Source of the DNA: an uncultured delta proteobacterium
GTDB lineage: Bacteria; Myxococcota_A; Polyangia; Fen-1088
Length of the DNA: 64,000 bases
Assembly (NCBI GenBank): GCA_963767925.1
Contig: CAVYGB010000010.1
Location: 416,001 to 480,000 of the forward strand
Direction: 5' to 3'
A model generated the notes under the pieces. That model did no database searches and had not been told where the DNA came from. It worked only from the letters and a program-made list of their open reading frames with translations. Shown here piece after piece: positions 30,000 to 39,682 of the stretch. Numbering within the stretch: position 1 is the stretch's first letter; each line of letters starts with the position of its first letter. The translations under genes were made by a program, and so were the position numbers.

Positions 30000-30598
30000 C
30001 CTGATCCTTGCCCGGATCCCGACAGCGACGCTAACCCGCTTCGAACCCGCACGATACTGGGCGAGTGCCGTACTCCCGCGGGCGGCGCGCCCGCGTCGCG
30101 GGGCGCATCAGTCCAGGAGGTACCTTGTCGAGGTGAGCACAATGGCAAGGCGTACGGGCTGACCGTTCATCCTGGCGCGGAGCGGACCGAGGTCGAACCG
30201 AACGCCCTCGCGCCGAGGTTCTGGCCGCTTGGTTCGGGGGAGACCATCTGCGGGGCGGCCGACGGCTAAACGACACGGATCTCTTCGCGGTGATCGTCCC
30301 GGCCGGCGCGCCCCACCACCTGCGCTTCCGGCTGGAGGTGCGGGAAGTCGGGCTGACCAGGACCTATCCGTTCTGCAGCTCAACGTGCGGGTCGGCGAGG
30401 GAAACCCCACGCCTCCGAGCTTCCACCTGCAGGATCTGGCTCGGGCCAAGGTCCTGGAAGCTGGGCTCGACCTGCCCGCCGCCGCCGGCGACCGCACCGA
30501 GATCGTCCGGGTCGAAACCGGTGGGTTGGTGCCGGAGGACACCCGTTACGCCCTGACGTAACCTGGACTGACGCCGCCACCCGCCGGCCGCGAGAGGC

Positions 30599-32032
30599 TC
30601 AGCGGGCGCCGGTGAACAGGGCGGTGACGTCCTCCGACGTGAGGGCGCGCTGGGACCAGACGCGGAGGTCGTCGAGCTGGCCGACGAAGTGGTCGCGCCC
30701 GCTCAGGAAGTTGCCGATCGCCCCTTCGGTCGCCTGGCAGGCGCCCGAGACGGTGGCGGTGGTGACGGGGGCGGCGCCGTCCAGGTAGAGCGCCTGGGTC
30801 GTCCCGTCGTAGGTGTAGACCAGGTGGTGCCAGCCGGGCGGCGGCGCGGGGGTGGTGGCCAGGACCACGATCCGGCTGCCCCGCTGCCAGACGACGAGGT
30901 TCGGGCCCCGCGTGCCCACCTGCAGGCCGCACAGGTCCGTGCTGCTGGTCAGCGACAGCATGGTGCGGTTGCCCGACATCGGCTGGACGGCGTAGTTGAA
31001 CCACAGCGAGATGCTGAGGCTCTGATCCAGCGCCGGCAGGCGGCTGCCCAGCAGCTCCACCTGGTCCACCGTGCCGTTCAGGGTCAGCGAGAAGGGGTTG
31101 TCGAACCTGGCGGCCGGGAAGCCGCCCGCGGTCCAGGTCGGCGCGCCCGCCACGGCGCCCAGGTTGTCCGACCCCGACAGATCGCCGATGATCGTGCCCA
31201 TCCCCTCGTCGAGCGGCCAGTAGGCGATCAGCTTCTCCGCCAGCGGCCCCATGACGCCGGGGACGCCCGGGCGGCGCAAGCCCACCTCTACCGACGGGGT
31301 CTGCGCGGGCTCCTCGCCCTGGACCAGCACCGCGATCTCCGCGTCGGTGAGCACCCGATCGTAGATGCGGAGGTCGTCGAGGCTGCCCAGGAACGCCTCC
31401 CGCCCGCCGGGGGCGCTGCCGGCGACGGCCTCGCTCGTCGCGCAGGGGGGCACCGCCGTGGAGGTCGACGGCGCGATCAAGCCGTCCAGGATGATCCGGT
31501 GATCGGTGCCATCGTGGGTGTAGACCAGGTGGTGCCAGCCCGCCCGCGGCGTCGTCCGGGACACCAGCTCGGTGGCGCCGCTGCTGACCGCCAGGCGTCC
31601 CGCGCGGACCCCGAGCTGGAGGCCGCAGCCGGAGCTGCCGCCCAGCGAGAGCAGCTGGACCGCGCCGGTCGGCGGCACGACGTAGCTGAACCAGAGCGAG
31701 ATGGTCTTGGGCGACTCGGCCGCGGGGAGGCCACGCGCCCGCAACACCACCCGGCCGTCCACCCCGTCGAGCAGCAGGGATCCCGGGTTGGCGAACCGCG
31801 CCTGCGGAAAGCCGCCGCCCCCCAGCAGGGCCCCGCCGGTCAGGTCTCCGGCGTTGCGGGCGGGGGACGAATCGGCCGCCACCGCGCCGCCGACCTCGTC
31901 GAAGCGCCAGTACCCGACCAGACCGGGGTGGCTGACCGGCGTCCCCTCGGGGGTCGGACCGGCCGGCTCGGACCCGCTCGATTCGCAGCTCAGGGTGGCC
32001 GCCAGGATCAGCAGCAGCGAGAGTTTTTTCAT
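30599..32032 (-). CDS. Lipoprotein with two LamG-like jellyroll domains
   Basis: MKKLSLLLILAATLSC signal; duplicated YWxxDE...ISLWF...GWHHLVYT...FxGxLDDLR modules. Confidence 0.85.
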   Translation of the reverse strand: MKKLSLLLILAATLSCESSGSEPAGPTPEGTPVSHPGLVGYWRFDEVGGAVAADSSPARNAGDLTGGALLGGGGFPQARFANPGSLLLDGVDGRVVLRARGLPAAESPKTISLWFSYVVPPTGAVQLLSLGGSSGCGLQLGVRAGRLAVSSGATELVSRTTPRAGWHHLVYTHDGTDHRIILDGLIAPSTSTAVPPCATSEAVAGSAPGGREAFLGSLDDLRIYDRVLTDAEIAVLVQGEEPAQTPSVEVGLRRPGVPGVMGPLAEKLIAYWPLDEGMGTIIGDLSGSDNLGAVAGAPTWTAGGFPAARFDNPFSLTLNGTVDQVELLGSRLPALDQSLSISLWFNYAVQPMSGNRTMLSLTSSTDLCGLQVGTRGPNLVVWQRGSRIVVLATTPAPPPGWHHLVYTYDGTTQALYLDGAAPVTTATVSGACQATEGAIGNFLSGRDHFVGQLDDLRVWSQRALTSEDVTALFTGAR

Positions 32033-32037
32033 GGAGA

Positions 32038-33706
32038 TCACCTTCGCAGGCCGTAGACCCGGAGGAACGCGGGCGAGGAGGCGTTCACGCGGGCGAAGCT
32101 GGTGACGAAGACCTTGCCGTTGGCCACGATGGGCGGGCTCCACTTGGCGAAGTTGCCCAGGGTGTCGGCCGGGCTGGCGTTGCTGTCCCACAACCTCGCG
32201 CCAGTGGTGGCGTCGACCGCGACGAGCAACCCGGTCGCGATGTTGCCCCAGGCGTCGCCCGCCGAGCTCATCGTGGCCCACAAGATCCCGCTGCCGGGCG
32301 TGTTGCCGTTGGCCGAGAGGGTGAAGATGCCACCCGGGTGAGGGGTCTTCAGATCGTCGAGGCGGGCCACCGGGGTCTGCTCGACCCGATCGTTGGCGAC
32401 GGCATAGACCCGCAGGCCGTGGTTCTCGGGCCACAGGTAGATGCGATCGTTCCAGTAGGCCATCGTGTGGATGTGGGCGGAGGTCGCGCCGGGGTCACCC
32501 ACCGAGAAGCGCTGCAGGATCTTGTCCTCGCCGGGGTTGAAGCGGGTCATGTTCATCTGGTCGATGACGTAGAGGACGCCCTCCTTGCCCCCGGCAAAGA
32601 CCAGGTTCGCGCTGGGGGGCAACATCACGGCGGCCAGGTCGGCGTCGACCCGGTTGAGCTCGTCGGCGTTGCTGGGCGTGAACCAGTCGCCCACCGTGTT
32701 GTCCGGGTTCATCCGCACCACGCTGGCCCCCAGCGAGCGCCCGTCGGCGGTCCAGGTGCCGTTGCCGACGCTGATGAAGATGCCGTTGTCGTTGGCCGCC
32801 GGGCCGGTGCCCGATTGCCAGATGGCGCCCATCGCGCCGTCGGGCGTGGTGTTGTAGACGCTCTTGCGGCGAAGGTTGGCCGGGTCGTAGGCCAGCAGCC
32901 AGCCGTGGTACGGGTTGTCGTCGCAGTGGCTGCCCATGGCCACGTACAAGGTGTCCTTGTGCAACAGCAGGGCGGCGCGGTTGACGTGTTTCCAGCCGTC
33001 CATCGTGACCTCGCCGTTCTGGGTGCCGACGCCGGTCCCCGGCATGGAGGCCTCGACCGCGACCGGGCTGCCGGCCGCGTCGGCGCCGGTGCGGATGTCG
33101 AGGGCGTGCAGCTTGTTGATGTAAGGCTCGCCCACCCGCCCCTGCTTCGTGACGACATACAGGAGGCCGGTGGCCGCATCGATGACCGGGGTGCTGGTGA
33201 TGCCGACGAAGGGAAACATGTCCCGGCACCAGGTCTGCCCCTGCACGGTGTTGGGGTTGCGCCCGCCGATCTGCACCTCGCCGATCGGGGCGAGCCAGCG
33301 CGACCACAGCGGCATGCTGGCGGCCGGATCGTCGGCATCGAACGCGTAAAGGTGGTTGGTCGACGTCGCGACGAACACGACGTTTCGCTTGCGGCCGCCG
33401 ACCTCGAGATCGGAGACATAAAGCGGCTGGGCATAGGCGTTGCCGTCGATGGCCCGCGAGAACAGCAAGCCGAAGGCGCTGCCATTCACGTTCTCGGGGT
33501 TGAGCACGGTCTCGCGCGTGTTTGTGCCACCGCGGTGGTTGTCGTAGCGGTTGGTCAACACCTGGACGCCGGCGGACAGCGTCGCCCCCGGCGCCGGAAG
33601 CTATGCCCTCTGGTGGGGAGTCGTTCTTGCACGCGCACCAGAGGAGGGGGAGAAGGCCCAGGACCGTCAAGCGCGCCACAGGCCGGTGTCGATGAAGCTG
33701 TCCCAT
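32038..33706 (-). CDS. PQQ-like beta-propeller secreted protein, frameshifted near the N-terminus
   Basis: VLTNRYDNHRGG, YAQPLYV, GITSTPVID, YHGW, GAIWQSG, PIVANGKVF; a signal peptide (LLWCAC) lies in another frame and joins at a G5 run near 33585-33589. Confidence 0.75.
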
Positions 33707-33969
33707 GCATCGGAGGTGGCGTGAACCGGAAACCAGCCAGCAACGATCGGCGGTCAGGTGCTCGATCCTGACGAATTGTGCGTCAGGGTGGCCGACCACC
33801 CGGCGCCGTCAGGGCTGTTGCCGAGCGCCACGTGCTTGCCGGTCGCGTTGTAACGGCTCCCGGGAGCGCCCACAATCGAGCCCTTCTCCACGGCCTCCGA
33901 GCTCGGTGTCCTCTACGACCCGGCTGACCCGCGCGCCAGCACCGTCTACATCGATCGAGCGTCCCTCGG

Positions 33970-34360
33970 TCAGCCCTCGCCGCGGGGCTGGCCACCGGGG
34001 TGGGCGGTGCCGCGATGGAGGTGCGTGAGGAACCTCGGCCCGGGGGCGTAGTACTTCTCGAGGTCCACGAGCTGGAAGCCGGCGGCGGCGATCAGCGCCT
34101 CCATGTCCCGGTCGAGATGGCAGCCGCGCACAGACGACCCTGGAGGCCGTTCAGGCGACGCTGCCAGCGCTGCACGCGGGGGTCGGGTGACAGGCCGTGC
34201 TCGAGGAAGAGGAAGCGACCCTCGGGGCTCGATCCGAAGCCGACCTCGAGCACCCGCCCCCGCACCCCCGCGAGCGCCTGCGCCCGCTGCTCGCCCACCG
34301 GTCGGGCGCCCATGGCCAGGTCGATCACCCTGGGCAGCAACCAGTCGCGATAGAAGGCCG
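33970..34360 (-). pseudogene. Class I SAM methyltransferase remnant
   Basis: FYRDWLLPRVIDLAM...GRVLEVGFGS joined directly to PEGRFLFLEHG (central part missing), then a frameshift to GCHLDRD. Confidence 0.75.
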
Positions 34361-34592
34361 CCGCGCCGACAGTACCGCGAAACCCGGCGCGAGCCGGAAC
34401 GTGGCCGACCGCGAGGGAAGGAACCAGGCTCCGCCGGATGCGCTCGACCGGGGCGGAGCGCGCGCCCGGTGACGGGACGGCGCCCGGCCAGATATACACG
34501 ATAGTGCCCCACCGCGCGGGCCGCTCCTCCGTAGCCAGCCGGCGCGTTGTGACGTATTAAAGTCGTATGACGTCGGCAAACGAGGACGCCCC

Positions 34593-35012
34593 ATGACCAT
34601 CCGGTTCGCGCTCGTCGCGGCGGCTGCCATCCAGATCGCCGCCTGTGGAGACTCCCCCCCGACCCCGGAGCCGCTCCCCGCGCAGCCGCAGACGGTCGGC
34701 GACGCCGCCGCTCCGGAGGACGCCGGCGCCCCCCCCGACGCCGCCGCCGCCTCAGACGGGGAGTCCGGAACCGACGCCCGCGACTGCATGCCGACGGTCC
34801 ATCCCGGCACGGTCACCCTCTTGAACGAGACCACCGGCGAGGTCCGGACGCAGGCCGTGACCCCCGACAACGAGGACAGCTTCTGGGTCAACACCCCCCA
34901 GGGCCGCGTCCCCGTGGTCAAGCTGGTCTTCCGTCGCCTCCCCGGCCTGGCCGCCGAGATCACCTCTTACGGCCCCTGCGATCAGGTCCTCGAGGTCACG
35001 GTCGGCCACTGA
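34593..35012 (+). CDS. Hypothetical lipoprotein
   Basis: GAGG RBS, IAAC lipobox, Pro/Ala/Asp linker. Confidence 0.65.
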   Translation: MTIRFALVAAAAIQIAACGDSPPTPEPLPAQPQTVGDAAAPEDAGAPPDAAAASDGESGTDARDCMPTVHPGTVTLLNETTGEVRTQAVTPDNEDSFWVNTPQGRVPVVKLVFRRLPGLAAEITSYGPCDQVLEVTVGH

Positions 35013-35525
35013 CGGCCTCTCCGCCAACGGCTCGCGGCCGGTGCCGACGTCGAGGGGACGACTACGCGACCCGAGGAAATCGGCGTGGCGGCGCGGACGC
35101 CGCGACCGCCAGCCAGACCCGGAAGGAACGCCGGTCGGTATTCATATCGGCCCCCTCGACGGTGGCACGAACTCTTTCAGGTTCCGGTGTCTGACCTTCG
35201 CCGCCGCCATCAGGTGGGAGAAGTCCGGGGCCTCCAGATTGAGCACCGAGGAGAGACCGTGTCAAAGTCTTATGTCGGGGCAGGGGCAGGGCAACGCCGG
35301 ATTCCTGAGTGCCGTGTCCGTCGTCGCGAGCGCAGCACATCGCGCGAACCGCACCTGGCGTCGATGGTGGCGGGCGGTTCGAACGACCCATCGGTACGCA
35401 CATGAGCGGCCAGAGTCTCGACGATTGGACCGACCCCAGGCGACCGCGAGCGGTGGGCGGACGATTTGTGCTTCTGCGCGCGCCGATCTGGCATGCGGGG
35501 CGGTGGGTCGGCCACTAAAGGTGGC

Positions 35526-37037
35526 ATGAAGCGAACGGACGGACGAAGAGCGGGCCTGGACGGGTCCCGGATCGTGGCCCTGATGGTCCTCGCGATGGGG
35601 GGCGCCTGCGGGGACAGCACCGAGATGCCGCCGGGCCCGGAGGTTGACGCGGCCGGTGGTGGGCGCGCCAGCAGGGTAGGCGCGGAGACCGGTGGCTCGT
35701 CCGGTTCGGGCGGGGGCGGCGGCGGCGGCGGCAGCGCCACCGGCGGCAGCGGCGGTGCAGGCGGCGGCAGCGCCACGAGAGGCAGCAGCGGCGGCGCGGA
35801 TGCGGGCGCGGCCACCCCCGGCGATGCGGGTGGCGGCGTCCGGGGCGATGGCCCGGTGGCCGCCGGTTACATGTTCGGCGCGCGTCCCCAGGCCTACCCG
35901 GCGGGCAGCATCCGGCCCACCGGCACGCAGGGCGAGCTCGACGCCGCGGTCAAGGCAGCCTACGACAGGTGGAAGGCCGCCTATGTCGTCGCCGCCTGCG
36001 ACGGCTACGTCGTCAAGGCCAGGACCGGCACCACCAACTCGTCGGCGCTGGGCAACGGCATGGTCATCACCGCGATGATGGCGGGCCACGATCCCCAGGC
36101 CAAGACGATCTTCGACGGCCTGTTCGCGGTGGGGCGGAAGTTTCCGAGCGGCCTGAGCATCCGCGTGCCCCCCAAACACGGCATCGGCGTTCGCCCCGGC
36201 AACGAGTTTCTCGTGAATTACGCCATCGGCGACAACTGCACGCGGGTCGGCGAGGGCGAGGGCACCTCGACCCCGTCCGGCGACCTCCCCTTCGCTTACG
36301 CCCTGGCCCTGGCGGACAAGCAGTGGGGCTCGGCCGGCGCGATCAACTACCTCGACCAGGCCAAGAAGACCGCCAACGCCATCAAGCTCTACGACATGAA
36401 CCCTCAGAAGGTGACCGGCCTCGGCGACTGGGCCTCGCTGCCCGGCGAGGGGATGTGGACCACGGTGGCCCGGCCGAACTACTTCGCGGTGGGCTACTTC
36501 CACGCCTTCGCCAAGGCGAGCGGGGACATGTACTGGATGCAGGCGATCGAGGCGGTCCAGACACGGATCGCCGACGTGCAGAGCCGACTCAGCCCCATGA
36601 CCGGTCTGCTCCCGCAGTACCTCGTCGGGGGCATGAACCCCCCGGGCGGCACCTTCCTGGGCGACGCCAACGCGCGCGACTACTTCGGCGGCGCCGGCCT
36701 GATCCCGCTCTGGCTGGCCTCCGACTACATCGGCAGCGGCGACGTGCGCTCGAAGGCCGCGCTCAGCAAGATCACCGAGTGGCTCAAGACCAAGACCGCC
36801 GGCGACGCCAGCAAGATCGTCGATGGCTACCGGCTCAACGGCGACGCCGTCGGCACCGCCGGCACCATGGCCTTCGTGGCCCCCTTCGCCGCCATCGCCA
36901 TCTTCGATGCCGCCAATCAAGCCTGGCTGGACAGCATCTGGAAGGTCATATCCACCGCCCCCACCACCAACCAGGTCGCCGACACCACCAACCTGCTCGG
37001 CATGCTGATCGTGACCGGCAACTGGTGGCAGCCCTAA
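35526..37037 (+). CDS. GH8-fold lipoprotein with a degenerate active site
   Basis: GGAC lipobox-like motif, Gly/Ser linker, AAYDRWKAAYV, AYALALADKQWG, LGDW, TGLLP, DGYRLNG, GNWWQP as in GH8 enzymes. Confidence 0.8.
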   Translation: MKRTDGRRAGLDGSRIVALMVLAMGGACGDSTEMPPGPEVDAAGGGRASRVGAETGGSSGSGGGGGGGGSATGGSGGAGGGSATRGSSGGADAGAATPGDAGGGVRGDGPVAAGYMFGARPQAYPAGSIRPTGTQGELDAAVKAAYDRWKAAYVVAACDGYVVKARTGTTNSSALGNGMVITAMMAGHDPQAKTIFDGLFAVGRKFPSGLSIRVPPKHGIGVRPGNEFLVNYAIGDNCTRVGEGEGTSTPSGDLPFAYALALADKQWGSAGAINYLDQAKKTANAIKLYDMNPQKVTGLGDWASLPGEGMWTTVARPNYFAVGYFHAFAKASGDMYWMQAIEAVQTRIADVQSRLSPMTGLLPQYLVGGMNPPGGTFLGDANARDYFGGAGLIPLWLASDYIGSGDVRSKAALSKITEWLKTKTAGDASKIVDGYRLNGDAVGTAGTMAFVAPFAAIAIFDAANQAWLDSIWKVISTAPTTNQVADTTNLLGMLIVTGNWWQP

Positions 37038-37222
37038 GGCGAGCTGACTCCAGCGCAGACTCGACCGGCCGCCGGCCTCTCCCCCGCTGGCGTGGGGGAG
37101 AGCGGACCGGCGCGACGCCGGCCCCGTGGCGTCCTCCCGTCTGGTGAACAGTCGGATGGCTGCCTGGGTTCGCCACGACCGGACGTTCCAAAAGAGTCCG
37201 CCGGCGTCCTCGGAAGAAGATA

Positions 37223-38089
37223 ATGCACCGTGGCGTCGGCCGCTTTTGCAGCCGGGACGGTCGGTGCGACTACGACCTGACCTGTCTGCCATCCGACATC
37301 GCTCCCGGAAAGATGGTGTGCCGCCCTCCCGGCTCCTCCGGTGGCGCGCCGGCACCCGGGTCCCCCGCGCCACCGGCCAGCGGGCCAAGCGTGGGCGGTC
37401 GTCGCGTCGGCGCCCGACTGACCGGGCTCTTCGCCCGCTGGCTGGACCCCACGACCTTTCGTTACATGTATTTCGACGCCGACGGACGGTTCTACTTCGG
37501 CATCCCGCCCTGGACGGACGGCTACGCCTTCGACGTCAGCGGGCGACAGCCCGGCGGACGCCACGAGATCGAGGGCGATCGTCTCAAGCTCATCCATTCC
37601 GACGGCTCCGAGACCTGGACCCTGGTCAACCGCAAGAACGGCTCGCCCATGTTCTAAAGCGGCCAGGTCAAGTGGTACGGGACACGGGAAAACGCGGTCA
37701 GCCGCCTCGACGGTCGTTTCCACCGGGAGCACGAGGTCAGCGTGGTCAACGAGCTCGGCGGCATCATCACCAGCTACACCCGCGACTACACCTTCTCGGC
37801 CAACAACCGCTTCAACCTGTCGATCAACAATAACGTCATCATCTTCTCCAGCCCGGACGGCGAATCACCCATCGAGACCGCCGCGGACGACGACGACGAA
37901 CCGCGAGGCCCCGGCACCTACGAGCTGAAGCGGACGTTCCTGGTCCTCAAATTCGACAGCGGCAAGACCAGCGAGATCGTCTTCGACTACTGCAACGTGT
38001 TCGGCGACTGCAGCGAGACCCCCAACTCCGCCAACCATTTGAACCTGGGCGGCCGGACGTATTCGGGCGGCGGCCGCGTCATCCCCTGA
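37223..38089 (+). pseudogene. Hypothetical protein interrupted by an in-frame TAA
   Basis: ORFs 37223-37657 and 37742-38089 share a frame and coding-like codon usage across the TAA at 37655-37657. Confidence 0.55.
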
Positions 38090-38153
38090 CCGCGCCATCC
38101 TTGCCACCCGATCCTCCTGGCTTGCCGAGCGGCTCGAGAGGTAGGCTGGCGCC

Positions 38154-39329
38154 ATGGCTGGCTCAGGGGACGGATCATCGAGCCGCGATCAGCTCTCGCG
38201 ACGCGGGTTTCTGCGAGCGGGCGCGGCAGGTGTGGCAGCGATCGGGGTCGCTTGTGGCAGCGATGGCGCGCCGGACGAGGGCACGCCGGGCGCCGGGGGA
38301 AGGGCCGACGCAGGACCGCCCGCTGCAGCGGGCGACGCGGCGGTGGGTGGCGGGCCGACGCCGGGGAAATCGGCGGTGGCGATCGTCGGAGCGGCCGACG
38401 TCGAGCGGGCCGTGCGCCGCGCGATCGAGCTCGCCGGTGGCATCGACGCGATCAGCGCCGGGCAGACCGTGTTCATCAAGCCCAATGTCGTACACGGCAG
38501 CGTGGCCGGGATGCCGGGTGTGATCACGGGTTTCGAGGTGCTGGGCGCCCTGGTCCGCCTCGTGAAGGAGCGCGGCGCGCGCGTTATCGTCGGCGACCGT
38601 TCGGCCCGGCAAGTGGGGACGTCGGAGGCCGTGTTCCAGAGGTCCGGGCTGACGGCGGCGATGCTCGCCGCCGGCGCCGACGAGGTCTATCCGGCGCCCC
38701 GACCGATCGACGACCCGAGCGCCTGGGTCCTGGTGCAGCCGCCGCGCTACGAGGAGACCTGGTCGACCGCGGGCGGCATTCTCGCCATGCGCAAGATCGT
38801 CGAGGCGGACCATCTGATCGACGTCCCGGTCTGCAAGAACCACCGCTGGGCGGCCTTCTCCCTCTCGATGAAGAACTTCATCGGCGCGATCGGCGACGAT
38901 TCGCGCGACCTGCTGCACTTCCAGGTGGGCGATGCCAACCGCCTGAGCCGGGACATCGCCATCTTGAACCAGAGCTTCAAGCCGCTGATCTGCGTGCTCG
39001 ATGCCCTGACCGCGATCGTGAACGGCGGACCGGAAGGGGTGGGCTTCGACCGCGTCGCCACCACCCCCCGGCTGGTGATGGCGAGCCGCGATCGGGTCGC
39101 GCTCGACGTGGCCGGCATGTCGCTGATCAAGCACGAGCTGGCCCGCACCACCGTGCCGGCGCCCGACGCCATGCACGCCTACAACACCGCCACGAAGATC
39201 TGGAGCTCTCACCAGATCCGGCACGCCGTCGAGCGTGGCCTGGGAGCGGCCGGCCCTGACGACGTGGAGCTTCGCTTCGAATCGGTCGAGACCGCGGCCG
39301 CGCTCGAGGCGATCTACCGCGCGACCTGA
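38154..39329 (+). CDS. Tat-exported DUF362 domain protein
   Basis: SRRGFL Tat motif, VFIKPNV, VGDRS, IDVPVCKNH, SLSMKNFIG, DRVALD. Confidence 0.85.
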   Translation: MAGSGDGSSSRDQLSRRGFLRAGAAGVAAIGVACGSDGAPDEGTPGAGGRADAGPPAAAGDAAVGGGPTPGKSAVAIVGAADVERAVRRAIELAGGIDAISAGQTVFIKPNVVHGSVAGMPGVITGFEVLGALVRLVKERGARVIVGDRSARQVGTSEAVFQRSGLTAAMLAAGADEVYPAPRPIDDPSAWVLVQPPRYEETWSTAGGILAMRKIVEADHLIDVPVCKNHRWAAFSLSMKNFIGAIGDDSRDLLHFQVGDANRLSRDIAILNQSFKPLICVLDALTAIVNGGPEGVGFDRVATTPRLVMASRDRVALDVAGMSLIKHELARTTVPAPDAMHAYNTATKIWSSHQIRHAVERGLGAAGPDDVELRFESVETAAALEAIYRAT

Positions 39330-39682
39330 AGCACGCCCGGCGGTTCTCCCTCGACCAGCCGGTGGATGGCCGATCGGTTCGTCCACGACGGCCAGGCCCC
39401 CGCTGATCAGGAGTGCAGGCGCAGATCGCCGCTGCCGGTGCGGACCAGGCGCGACAGGGGTGGCGCCTCGAACAGGTCCACATCGCCCGAGCCGCGGATG
39501 GACACCTTGGCGGACTGGCGGTGCTGTCGATGCGGCTTTGTTCAATAGCCACGAACGCCGCGCCCAAATCGAACGGAAACACGCGGTGAAAACGATTGAG
39601 GTGTCGAGGCATATCTTTACCCACAAATCCCCTTCGTTGCCCTACACTCGTGGCTTCTGGAGCGATCAACCGGGGGGGCGTG

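Noticed and set aside
30060..30561. Short plus-strand coding-like segments
   Set aside because: No start, RBS or recognisable family; possible remnants only
35163..35180. Sigma-54 promoter (TGGCACG)
   Set aside because: No TTGC -12 element at the required spacing
35110..35265. Glycine-riboswitch-like words (GGAAGGA, CTTTCAGG, GGAGAGACC)
   Set aside because: Order and spacing do not fit an aptamer; the minus strand reads as a coding remnant (VLNLEAPDFSHLMAAAK...)
35690..35800. GGC-rich repeat tract
   Set aside because: Simply encodes the Gly/Ser linker of the GH8 lipoprotein
39587..39601. LacI/cre-like GTGAAAACGATTGAG upstream of GH28
   Set aside because: Only a partial dyad, single copy, and no LacI gene nearby
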